A stretch of DNA of 64,000 nt from a virus (IMGVR_UViG_3300021256_000089:1-64000), one strand, 5' to 3'. Shown: positions 8,902 through 16,606, counted from the stretch's first letter. Notes: generated from the letters alone by a model not told the origin. Made by a program: numbers and translations.

Positions 8902-9739
8902 CCTTGCAAACGGATACAAAGGCTATCGATTGGTTCCTGCGGACAATCCAGCCGTGATCGCCATGTACGAGGATAAGACAAACAACCTGATCGGGGCGTC
9001 CGAAAACGAGTACGTGTTGATCACGAACCCTGAGGACGGACGGATTGTCGACAAAATCAAGTGGCAGGACGGCAGGTTCAAGCCGCTGTACCGCAAACCG
9101 CTTGAAAGCATGGCGACGAGCAAGATCAAAGCGAAAAATGTCGAGCAGGAGCTTGCGATCGACATGCTCATGGACGAGCAGACGACTGTCAAAACGATCA
9201 CTGGCACATGGGGCAGCGGCAAAACGCTGTTGTCCTGTGCCTATGCCTTTGCATCCCTGCAATCCGGGCGGTATGACAAGATCGTTTGGATCCGCAACAA
9301 TGTCGAGGTGAAGGATTCGAATCCGATTGGCTTCCTGAAGGGCGATTTCGGCAACAAGATGATGGTCTGGGCCATGCCGTTGGCCGATCACATGGGGGGC
9401 GTTGACGCGCTTGAAATGTACATTCAGCGAGGCCAGGTTGAGATCATGCATCTCGGTTTTCTTCGTGGCAGAGACATTCACAATAGCCTGATTCTCTGTT
9501 CCGAAGCCGAGCATCTGACACGGGAGCATGTTCAGCTGCTGCTGGCGCGCGTCGCCGAAGGATCGACTCTTATTCTGGAAGGTGACTGCAGGCAGATTGA
9601 TGCTAAAGCCTTTGAACGGGACAACGGTCTCGAGGCTGCCATCCAGAGGCTGCGCGGAAACCGTCTGTTCGGCTATGTACACCTGAATGAATCAGTCCGC
9701 AGTGACACGGCGAAGCTTGCTGACCTGCTCGGGGACTGA
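8894..9739 (+). CDS. phoH: PhoH-family ATPase
   Basis: Walker A GTWGSGKT, IGFLKGD, GFLRGRDI, LEGDCRQID. Confidence 0.92.
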   Translation: MIDLANGYKGYRLVPADNPAVIAMYEDKTNNLIGASENEYVLITNPEDGRIVDKIKWQDGRFKPLYRKPLESMATSKIKAKNVEQELAIDMLMDEQTTVKTITGTWGSGKTLLSCAYAFASLQSGRYDKIVWIRNNVEVKDSNPIGFLKGDFGNKMMVWAMPLADHMGGVDALEMYIQRGQVEIMHLGFLRGRDIHNSLILCSEAEHLTREHVQLLLARVAEGSTLILEGDCRQIDAKAFERDNGLEAAIQRLRGNRLFGYVHLNESVRSDTAKLADLLGD

Positions 9740-9752
9740 GAAAGGACAAACG

Positions 9753-10379
9753 ATGAGCTTATTTGAACTTCCTGTCGCAATTGGAGAAATTATGTCCGAT
9801 GGATCGGGTCCTCTGCCTGATCCTGATCTGGTCAATTTCTACAAGCTGGCAGAAAAACGAATCATTTATCTGGATTTTGATGTAGATATCGATGTCATGG
9901 CAATCCATCGGCAGATCATGCTCTGGAATATGGAAGACAGGGACATTGAGATTGACAAGCGTCAACCGATCAAGCTTGTGATCTATTCTCCCGGGGGATA
10001 CATGGGTCACATGTGGGCAATTGTCGATCTGATCAATGCTTCAAAGACTCCTGTCTGGACGATCAATATTGGCCAGGCGTCATCTGCGGCATTTTTGATC
10101 TTTGTATCCGGCAAGAAGCGTCTGATGACGAAGAACGCTGTCTGTGTCGTGCATGAAGGCGCTGCCCAAATGGATGGCGATGCCGTCAAGGTGATGGACG
10201 CCGCGACAACGTACAAGGAAGATTTGAAGCGGATGAAGCAGTACATCGTGGATCACACCGGGATTCCGATGCGCATGCTGACTTCAAAGAAAGCCAATGA
10301 CTGGACCATCAGCGCAGATAAATGTCTCGAGCTGAAAGCCTGCGACCAGCTGATTGGTTCGCTGGATGATGTTTTCTGA
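9753..10379 (+). CDS. clpP: ClpP-family serine peptidase
   Basis: RIIYL, IYSPGG, nucleophile ASSAAFLIF, VVHEG, DWTISA (putative Ser-His-Asp triad). Confidence 0.88.
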   Translation: MSLFELPVAIGEIMSDGSGPLPDPDLVNFYKLAEKRIIYLDFDVDIDVMAIHRQIMLWNMEDRDIEIDKRQPIKLVIYSPGGYMGHMWAIVDLINASKTPVWTINIGQASSAAFLIFVSGKKRLMTKNAVCVVHEGAAQMDGDAVKVMDAATTYKEDLKRMKQYIVDHTGIPMRMLTSKKANDWTISADKCLELKACDQLIGSLDDVF

Positions 10380-10410
10380 TTGCGGCTCGAACGCAAAGGA
10401 GATGGTTCCA

Positions 10411-10857
10411 TTGGCTGACGAACAGCTTTCGGTACAGATTATCTACCATGACGATGAGATCCCGCCGCTGCGTCCGATGTTCCGCAAGAGCGACTGGATC
10501 GATTTATACGCAGCCGAGGACGTTGAGCTGAAACAGGGCGAGTCTGCCCTAATTTCGCTCGGCGTTTCCATGCGGCTGCCCGATGGATACGAAGCGCACA
10601 TCGCGCCGCGTTCGTCTACTTTCAAAAACTTCGGGATCATTCAGACCAACTCAGTTGGCGTGGTCGATAATTCCTATTCCGGCGACCATGACATCTGGCG
10701 CTTTCCTGCGCTTGCGATGCGGGACACCGTCATTCATAAGGGTGACAGGATCTGTCAGTTCAGGCTGATGGAAAAGATGCCCGGTGTCACATTCATGAAG
10801 GTGGATCACCTGGAAGGTCCTGATCGCGGCGGTTTCGGATCGACAGGGATCAGGTAA
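10411..10857 (+). CDS. dut: Trimeric dUTPase
   Basis: DLYAAE, PRSS, GVVDNSYSG, RICQ, DRGGFGSTG; AAGGAG before TTG 10411. Confidence 0.95.
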   Translation: MADEQLSVQIIYHDDEIPPLRPMFRKSDWIDLYAAEDVELKQGESALISLGVSMRLPDGYEAHIAPRSSTFKNFGIIQTNSVGVVDNSYSGDHDIWRFPALAMRDTVIHKGDRICQFRLMEKMPGVTFMKVDHLEGPDRGGFGSTGIR

Positions 10858-10868
10858 GGAGTGTCGGG

Positions 10869-11051
10869 ATGAACAAAGGAGAAGTCTATTACACAAGACT
10901 TGGCTCAAAAGTAGTCAAGGTAGTTGTCGATTCAGACAATCTGATCGGCGGCTATGTCACTGTTCATCTTGAAGAGACGAACGGCAAGCGTCTGATTTAC
11001 GAGCATAAGCTGTATGCGCGTGAAGAGGATGTGCCGGCTATGACTGACTAA
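10869..11051 (+). CDS. Small SH3/KOW-like hypothetical protein
   Basis: AAGGAG RBS; beta-rich 60 aa. Confidence 0.6.
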   Translation: MNKGEVYYTRLGSKVVKVVVDSDNLIGGYVTVHLEETNGKRLIYEHKLYAREEDVPAMTD

Positions 11052-11069
11052 AAAAATAGGAGAAAAAGT

Positions 11070-12464
11070 ATGAGTGAGCACTGCGGCTACATTGTCCGCA
11101 TCGATACACTTCGCAAGCACTCGAACGCTGACAGGCTGCAGGTTGCCACGATCTTCGGCAATGATACGATTGTCAGTCTCGATGTGCACCCCGGAGATAT
11201 CGGGGTTTATTTCCCTTCCGATCTGCAGCTGTCGGAAGAATTTTGCAAGGTAAACGATCTTGTCCGCAGAAAGGACGAGAACGGCAAGGAATGCGGCGGG
11301 TATCTTGACCCCGTCAAACGCAACGTGCGGGCCATCAACCTGCGCGGTGAAAAGAGCGACGGCATTTACCTGCCGCTTTCCTGCCTGTCTGCGTTCGGAG
11401 ACGTTGACACGCTTGCTATCGGCAAAACAATCGACGTCTGGAACGGTCATGAGATCTGCTGCAAATATATTCCGCGCAGCAATCCGACAGCTGTGGCTAA
11501 AACAGCTCATCCTGTCAAGGCGAAGCGGAATATTGCGCCGACTTTCTACGAGCACGTGGATACGGAGCAGCTGAACTACAATCTTCTTGCTTTCCGGCAA
11601 GGAGACGAGATTGAGCTGACTCTGAAGATGCATGGCACTTCTCAGCGTACCGGGTATCTGCCTCTGATCAGAGAGAAAAAGCGTACTCTGCTTGACAGGC
11701 TTCTGCGCAGACCGGAGAAGACGTACACAGAATACGGATATATCACCGGCACACGCAGAACTGTGCTTGATCCTGACAGAAACACCAATACAGATGGCTT
11801 CTACAAGGACATGGATTTCCGCGATGCTATGGCCAAGAAATTCGAAGGCAAACTGCACAAGGGTGAAACTGTCTATTATGAGATTGTTGGTTTCCAGGGG
11901 CCGAACGGTGCTCCGATCATGGCCACGTGTCAGAATTCTAAAATAAAGGACAAGGAATTCGAACGCACGTACGGCAAGGAGACTGTCTTCAACTACGGCT
12001 GCGACCCGACAGGCGACTATGTGCCACGTCCGACAGAGAATCTCAGCAATCAAACAATCTTTGTTGCGCCGTGCTGTGATGTGTACGTGTACCGGATGAC
12101 GATGGTCAACGAGGACGGCGATGTCGTTGAGTATACGCCGGATTTTGCACGTTACCGATGCGAACAGATGGGCGTCAAACATGTCATGATGTTTGAACGT
12201 TTCTTTATCCCGGTTGATTGTGACGTTGATCCCGGTAATTACGTGAAGGAAAAGGCCGAGCAGTATTTTGACGGCCCTGACCCGATTGGCAGGACGCATG
12301 TGCGCGAAGGTGTCGTCGCCCGCATTGTCAATCGTCCTGTATTCACGGCTTACAAGACCAAAAACTGGTCGTTCAAGGTGCTTGAAAACATTGTCAAGGA
12401 TATGTCCGATGTGCCGGACATGGAAGAGGCTCAAGACTTGATCAATGAGGAGACACAGGAATGA
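11070..12464 (+). CDS. ATP-dependent RNA ligase (Rnl2/DRB0094-like) with N-terminal OB-type domain
   Basis: N-terminal KHSNADRLQ...RAINLRGEKSDG; adenylation motif TLKMHGT; YYEIVG, VYVYRM, REGVV, YKTK motifs. Confidence 0.88.
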   Translation: MSEHCGYIVRIDTLRKHSNADRLQVATIFGNDTIVSLDVHPGDIGVYFPSDLQLSEEFCKVNDLVRRKDENGKECGGYLDPVKRNVRAINLRGEKSDGIYLPLSCLSAFGDVDTLAIGKTIDVWNGHEICCKYIPRSNPTAVAKTAHPVKAKRNIAPTFYEHVDTEQLNYNLLAFRQGDEIELTLKMHGTSQRTGYLPLIREKKRTLLDRLLRRPEKTYTEYGYITGTRRTVLDPDRNTNTDGFYKDMDFRDAMAKKFEGKLHKGETVYYEIVGFQGPNGAPIMATCQNSKIKDKEFERTYGKETVFNYGCDPTGDYVPRPTENLSNQTIFVAPCCDVYVYRMTMVNEDGDVVEYTPDFARYRCEQMGVKHVMMFERFFIPVDCDVDPGNYVKEKAEQYFDGPDPIGRTHVREGVVARIVNRPVFTAYKTKNWSFKVLENIVKDMSDVPDMEEAQDLINEETQE

Positions 12465-12994
12465 AGATTACATCCAAAGAGGCAAACAAGTTCATCAAAA
12501 CCATGAACGAAAAACTAGAAGACCTGATTGAGCAGGACAAGCGTGATTCAGTGTATGTGGCGGCCATCGAGGAAGATCCGATGGACGTCCGTCCTGATTA
12601 TGATTTCTCGGAAAACGCCGACAAAGAGAAGACGATCATGAAACATCTCGCGATCGTGAAGCATGCGCTCAATCAGTTCAATCAGACGCACAAGATCAGT
12701 CCGGATGAAGAGTACACGATCGATCAGGTACTGGTTATGATGCCGATCCTCTCGCGTCAGATCGGGCTCTATCGTGAAATGATGAAGTTGCCAGAGAAGG
12801 CAAGAGCGAACGATCGATACCATTCGAACCCGCATATCGAATACAATTATACCAACTTCGATCGCGGTGAGCTCCTTGACTCTTATGATACGGCCAAGGA
12901 ACAGCTTGAAAAATGGCAGCTTCAGCTTGACAGGATCAATTCGACAGTTGAAGAGATCGATATTCCGGATGAAATCGTATTAGCTTATACTTAA
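12461..12994 (+). CDS. Conserved Firmicute-type coiled-coil protein (DIP1984/DUF6847-like from memory, unverified)
   Basis: MKITSKEANKFIK...EDPMDVRPDYDF...VKHALNQFN...TIDQVLVMMPIL...QLQLDRINST; ATGA overlap with the RNA ligase. Confidence 0.75.
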   Translation: MKITSKEANKFIKTMNEKLEDLIEQDKRDSVYVAAIEEDPMDVRPDYDFSENADKEKTIMKHLAIVKHALNQFNQTHKISPDEEYTIDQVLVMMPILSRQIGLYREMMKLPEKARANDRYHSNPHIEYNYTNFDRGELLDSYDTAKEQLEKWQLQLDRINSTVEEIDIPDEIVLAYT

Positions 12995-13004
12995 TTTCTT
13001 TCCG

Positions 13005-13185
13005 TCATGCATGTGTTTGTTTTAGAAGCTGATTGTTTAGCGTTCGTTGTTTGATGTTGTTCGCTTTGTTATCAGTTATCGCCCCTTTGTGTTTAATGTT
13101 CTGGGGTCAAACATGATTCTGAGTGCATGTATGTAAAAGCCTGCGCGTTGCGCACTCCGTCCCGAGGCACGGTTTCAGGAGCGGA
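13005..13185 (+). ncRNA. Putative structured RNA with 7-nt periodic GYTNNNN array
   Basis: Closing helices CATGCA/TGCATG and TGTTTG/CAAACA, hairpin GCCCC/GGGGT, heptads at 13028-13067, 3' multiloop CCTG/CAGG. Confidence 0.6.
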
Positions 13186-13189
13186 ACAA

Positions 13190-13260
13190 TGAGGTGTGGC
13201 CAAGCGGTAAGGCACGGGACTTTGACTCCTGAATCGAAGGTTCAACTCCTTCCACCTCAG
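13190..13260 (+). tRNA. tRNA-Gln(TTG)
   Basis: TGAGGTG/CACCTCA acceptor, CTTTGAC loop, TTCAACT T-loop; CCA not encoded. Confidence 0.95.
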
Positions 13261-13265
13261 CTTTG

Positions 13266-13657
13266 CGGGTAGCCAAGCATTAAAAGGCGATAAGAAAATA
13301 AGGCTCGTACGGGAGAACACCCGGAGGGGACAACTCCGTGTAGATAGGCCCAATAAATCCTGACAGCAGTCTGCTTGCAGATGATCTGTCAGGTCGGGAT
13401 GCATGCAGAGTAAGTCAGTGTAACTCTCCCAGAGATGCGTGTGATTGACGCCGTAAGCGCTTACGGCTACTGCACACCCCGCATGTAAAAAACCTGCGCA
13501 GCGGACCAGTGCTTGGACGCCATGGTACAACAGGCCAGCCACCTGATCGAGGCCGTGGTAGAAGATCTCCGGCAACGCTTGCGCTGTCTCCAAGGTTGAC
13601 GTTCCGTCCTCTTGAGAGAGGGAGTTGGCTGCCCGAGAGGTCGGTTTGGCGGAGACA
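13266..13657 (+). ncRNA. Putative large ornate ncRNA between tRNAs
   Basis: 11-bp closing helix 13266-13276/13625-13635, many internal stems, possible 7-bp pseudoknot 13585-13591/13651-13657; no ORF with an RBS. Confidence 0.7.
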
Positions 13658-13660
13658 CAT

Positions 13661-13729
13661 GATCCCGTAGCTCAATTGGCGAGAGACGCGACTACATGCG
13701 GAATGACGGTTCGATTCCGTCCGGGATCA
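13661..13729 (+). tRNA. tRNA-like element with shortened anticodon arm (pseudo-tRNA or mimic)
   Basis: GATCCCG/CGGGATC acceptor, GACGG-TTCGATT-CCGTC T arm; anticodon arm is only 4 bp plus the 6-nt loop ACTACA. Confidence 0.65.
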
Positions 13730-13745
13730 CTAAAAGAAAAGGAGA

Positions 13746-13946
13746 TTGTTTCATATGATCAAGGAAGAGTATTTGAAAATGATAGCCGGTGACGACACGA
13801 TCAAACTCCTGGAATCTATTCATTCGTACTTCTATGGCTGTTTTCAGAACGCAGCTCGTGGAAGCGAAGCAGAGGAAAGATTCCATAATTGGATGCGTGC
13901 AATAGAGAATATAGAAAGGGCAATCAAAGAGGATGCGACCGATTGA
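13746..13946 (+). CDS. Hypothetical protein
   Basis: AAAGGAGA before TTG; coupled to the next gene. Confidence 0.65.
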   Translation: MFHMIKEEYLKMIAGDDTIKLLESIHSYFYGCFQNAARGSEAEERFHNWMRAIENIERAIKEDATD

Positions 13947-14253
13947 CGGAGACGCTCTATTGAAGCAGATGAAGCACCGGAAAGAATATGTTGGCAGACT
14001 GTCGGACCCAGTGTGTCTTGTTGAGGACGCGCCAACAATTAATACGGACACCGATGTCCGCATGATGACGTTAGACGAACTTACAGAAATATACGTTGAG
14101 TTCAAAGGCACTGCTAGCCCGATTAGATTGATCCATTTCGACCTGCAGAAAATCATCACGTATGCGGATGATGGCATCTGTCGTCTGTGGACAGGCATGC
14201 CGACAAACGAACAAATGAAAGAGGCGAAGTGGGATGCTGAAACGAGTGCCTAA
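13933..14253 (+). CDS. Phage hypothetical protein (MRPIDGDAL...EDAPTI type)
   Basis: Common phage N-terminal MRxIDAD motif and C-terminal RLWTGMPTNEQ. Confidence 0.75.
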   Translation: MRPIDGDALLKQMKHRKEYVGRLSDPVCLVEDAPTINTDTDVRMMTLDELTEIYVEFKGTASPIRLIHFDLQKIITYADDGICRLWTGMPTNEQMKEAKWDAETSA

Positions 14254-14422
14254 AATGTGCGTTACCTGTCAGTATTACGAGCCGTATCATTGCACTTTGG
14301 ACGGCTCTCACATCAGGTATTTCTGGCCCGATGAACGGAACAATTGTAAGACTTACAGTCTGAGCGAACACTACCGCAAAGGCGGAAAATTCTACGAGAG
14401 CAGGAAGGTGGAGCAGAAATGA
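14234..14422 (+). CDS. Small Cys-rich protein
   Basis: CVTC...HC...C; overlaps the previous gene. Confidence 0.65.
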   Translation: MLKRVPKMCVTCQYYEPYHCTLDGSHIRYFWPDERNNCKTYSLSEHYRKGGKFYESRKVEQK

Positions 14423-14520
14423 CTGTGTTACTTGTTTTGCTTGTCGGTGTTTGTATGATTTGCCTCATGTGTATTTCCTCAGACATCGAGAAGATAAGAA
14501 AGCTGGTGGAACGGAAATGA
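14419..14520 (+). CDS. 33-aa membrane peptide (MTVLLVLLVGVCMICLMCISSDIEKIRKLVERK)
   Basis: ATGA overlaps at both ends; GGAG RBS; below the ORF-track cutoff. Confidence 0.6.
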   Translation: MTVLLVLLVGVCMICLMCISSDIEKIRKLVERK

Positions 14521-14792
14521 AGTTTATTGTTGACGAGATGCCAAAGAGTAAAGGTGAATGTCCTCTTTCAGAATGGGAACCTTATCCACCGATAATGGAG
14601 GAAGCAGGACATTATGTTTGCAAAATAAATCACAATGATTGTAATCTGTGCAAGACGGAATGCAAATTGCTGAAGCAGGAAGCAGTTGTCCGGTGCAAAG
14701 ACTGTAAACTTCATGACGGCGACGAAAATGAGGTTGATGCATGCACAGCATCAACACGAAGGGCGGAGAAAATTATTGTTCATGCGTGGTGA
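14517..14792 (+). CDS. Cys-rich phage hypothetical protein (MKFIVDEMPKS...CPL)
   Basis: ATGA overlap; VVRCKDCK motif. Confidence 0.7.
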   Translation: MKFIVDEMPKSKGECPLSEWEPYPPIMEEAGHYVCKINHNDCNLCKTECKLLKQEAVVRCKDCKLHDGDENEVDACTASTRRAEKIIVHAW

Positions 14793-14799
14793 AGCGGAA

Positions 14800-14994
14800 A
14801 TGAAATATTTTCCTTCTGATTGCACTAGAGAATGTCCACATTACAAAACATGGGACATGTCCGTGGATGATTGGACATCTTTTTGCGACGTTCTAAAAGT
14901 ACAGGTTGACGATTGCGATGGAGATTATATCCGTTACAAATGCCCGTTAGATTCTGGCAAACATTATCAAAACACATCACAGGAAAGTCGGTGA
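14800..14994 (+). CDS. Small Cys-rich protein
   Basis: CTRECPHY...C...CD...CPL. Confidence 0.6.
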   Translation: MKYFPSDCTRECPHYKTWDMSVDDWTSFCDVLKVQVDDCDGDYIRYKCPLDSGKHYQNTSQESR

Positions 14995-15000
14995 AGTGGA

Positions 15001-15438
15001 ATGCGGATAATTGATGCGGATAAACTAAATGAAATGATTCGTGCAGACAACTGTTCATTATGCAGAGGTGGAGGCCAATGTGGCTATTGCGAAACGCGTA
15101 CCGTACTAAATATGATCGTCAGTCTTCCTACAATTCAATTATGGGCTGGGTTTGGCAAAAATTCGCCAGAAGAAAAAGATAAATACTATGCTTGTCAAAG
15201 AGTTGAAAACGTTTATGAATCTTTTGCTGAAACATCGAAGCGTGAAATAGATTTTCTTGATTGGCTATCGCTTTCCGTTGTTTTAGGAGACGATTTTAAG
15301 AAGAACCCAGAATTCTATCGTGAACTTATTTGTAGGAAGTTAGTCGAACTTGGCAAACTTGAAAAGAAAAATGATTATTATATATTATCTGATCCTGAAA
15401 AATGGCTTAAAAAGTTTGATGTAAACATATACGAATAG
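15001..15438 (+). CDS. Phage hypothetical protein (MRIIDADKL; CxxC...CxxC)
   Basis: GGTGAAGTGGA RBS-like; AT-rich coding. Confidence 0.7.
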   Translation: MRIIDADKLNEMIRADNCSLCRGGGQCGYCETRTVLNMIVSLPTIQLWAGFGKNSPEEKDKYYACQRVENVYESFAETSKREIDFLDWLSLSVVLGDDFKKNPEFYRELICRKLVELGKLEKKNDYYILSDPEKWLKKFDVNIYE

Positions 15439-15455
15439 TTTAAGTAACCGAAATT

Positions 15456-15528
15456 GCTATCATAGCTCAATGGTGAGAGCAGTGGCCTTATAAGCCAAAG
15501 GTTCCCGGTTCGAATCCGGGTGATAGTA
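15456..15528 (+). tRNA. tRNA-Ile(TAT)
   Basis: GCTATCA/TGATAGT acceptor, anticodon loop CTTATAA, TTCGAAT. Confidence 0.9.
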
Positions 15529-15529
15529 T

Positions 15530-15612
15530 GTTGGCATGGCGGAATCGGCAGACGCTGCGGACTTAAAATCCGCTGCAATTATTGCGTGTGGGTTCGAGTC
15601 CCACTGCCAGCA
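15530..15612 (+). tRNA. tRNA-Leu(TAA)
   Basis: GTTGGCA/TGCCAGC, loop CTTAAAA, long variable arm. Confidence 0.95.
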
Positions 15613-15634
15613 CTAAAAGACCATCCTGGACTAC

Positions 15635-15708
15635 CCGGGTATAGCGAAGCTTGGTATCGTGTCTGGTTCGGGACCAGAAGACCGCAGGTTCAAATCCTGC
15701 TGCCCGGA
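15635..15708 (+). tRNA. tRNA-Pro(CGG)
   Basis: CCGGGTA/TGCCCGG, TCTGG-TTCGGGA-CCAGA. Confidence 0.93.
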
Positions 15709-15714
15709 CACTAT

Positions 15715-15790
15715 GGGGTCGTAGCTCAATTGGTAGAGCGCCTGCTTTGCAAGCAGGACGCAGAGGGTTCAAATCCCTTCGATTCCACCA
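15715..15790 (+). tRNA. tRNA-Ala(TGC)
   Basis: GGGGTCG/CGATTCC with G3:U70, loop TTTGCAA, encoded CCA. Confidence 0.97.
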
Positions 15791-15894
15791 GACGCCGAGA
15801 GGATGACTGGGCGACGGCACTAAGAGGAGTCATGACCTCATCGCTTTCCCGAGATTCTGACAGCATCGACTCGTTAACATGAAGCTGTGTGCAC

Positions 15895-15967
15895 GATCCA
15901 TTGGCGCAGTTGGTAGCGCATGGCACTTTTAATGCCGGGGCCGTGGGTTCGAGTCCCACATGGATCA
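15895..15967 (+). tRNA. tRNA-Lys(TTT)
   Basis: GATCCAT/ATGGATC, loop CTTTTAA. Confidence 0.95.
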
Positions 15968-15970
15968 CAC

Positions 15971-16190
15971 ATGCAGGGTCGCGCCCTGCAAGGCTCCCGA
16001 TCCTTACCTTTGTTGACTTCGGAAGGACGAAGCGGCAGCAAGATCGGTATGGCCCTGAAGAGCGGGATGGAAGGAAGTAACACCGTGAATGTCCTTACCC
16101 AAATGCGCATTGTCCTTACTCGATGCGTATTGGAAGATGTGGAAGTGGTGTGCCAAACCCGAGTACGGTGATGAACGTGTAGGGGTCATA
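15971..16190 (+). ncRNA. Putative structured RNA with three TCCTTAC copies
   Basis: Stems TGCAGGG/CCCTGCA, CCGATC/GATCGG, CACCGTG/TACGGTG, AATGCGCAT/ATGCGTATT; fills the gap between tRNA-Lys and tRNA-Thr. Confidence 0.5.
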
Positions 16191-16191
16191 T

Positions 16192-16263
16192 GCCGGAGTA
16201 GCTCAATGGCAGAGCGGCTGATTTGTAATCAGCAGGCTGAGAGTTCGAGTCTCTCCTCCGGCT
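16192..16263 (+). tRNA. tRNA-Thr(TGT)
   Basis: GCCGGAG/CTCCGGC, GCTGA-TTTGTAA-TCAGC. Confidence 0.96.
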
Positions 16264-16294
16264 TTACTCTTTATACAGGAAGGAAGGAACAGCT

Positions 16295-16606
16295 TTGTTT
16301 CAATTAACGGTTTTTCAATTCTGGATTCTTGTTTGTCTTGCCGTCGTCGGCTGTTCGCATATGCTGTTGACGGCGGCCAGACGCATTAGCAAGCAGCGTA
16401 AACGGGCAAATAAAACAAATGCAGTAATCAAGAAAATGACGAATGATATTTCGTGGTTGACACGTGGTCAACAGAGCGTTAATTCGTCGCTGATTCATAT
16501 CAATGAGGATATCAAGCGAGTACAGGAACATTTAGAGCAGCTTGATGATATTCTGGCTGGTTTATGTGATGCTGATCATGAGGAGGAGGAGCCTGTCAAT
16601 GGTTGA
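16295..16606 (+). CDS. Membrane-anchored coiled-coil protein
   Basis: AAGGAAGGA RBS + TTG; N-terminal TM helix. Confidence 0.7.
   Translation: MFQLTVFQFWILVCLAVVGCSHMLLTAARRISKQRKRANKTNAVIKKMTNDISWLTRGQQSVNSSLIHINEDIKRVQEHLEQLDDILAGLCDADHEEEEPVNG

Noticed and set aside
10932-12434. 500-aa minus-strand ORF (also 6477..7460, 8810..9682, 1924..2460)
   Set aside because: Antisense shadows of well-supported + strand genes (RNA ligase, nrdD, phoH, dnaE); no RBS or motifs
13028-13081. CRISPR array or simple microsatellite
   Set aside because: Units are 7 nt with only 3 fixed positions; there is no repeat-spacer architecture and no cas gene in the window
13266-13657. tmRNA, RNase P RNA or group I/II intron
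   Set aside because: No tRNA-Ala-like ends or tag frame, no GAGGAAAGUCC core, no P7 or domain V signature that I can recognise
13661-13729. Amber suppressor tRNA with genome-wide TAG recoding
   Set aside because: The loop is 6 nt and not a canonical anticodon; long genes are uninterrupted under the standard code
15791-15890. Further RNA between tRNA-Ala and tRNA-Lys
   Set aside because: Only short stems (ATGACT/AGTCAT, CAGC/GCTG), compatible with chance
16060-16082. SRP RNA domain IV-like GGAAGGAAG
   Set aside because: The flanking helix and the conserved CAGG/AGCAG symmetric loop cannot be formed
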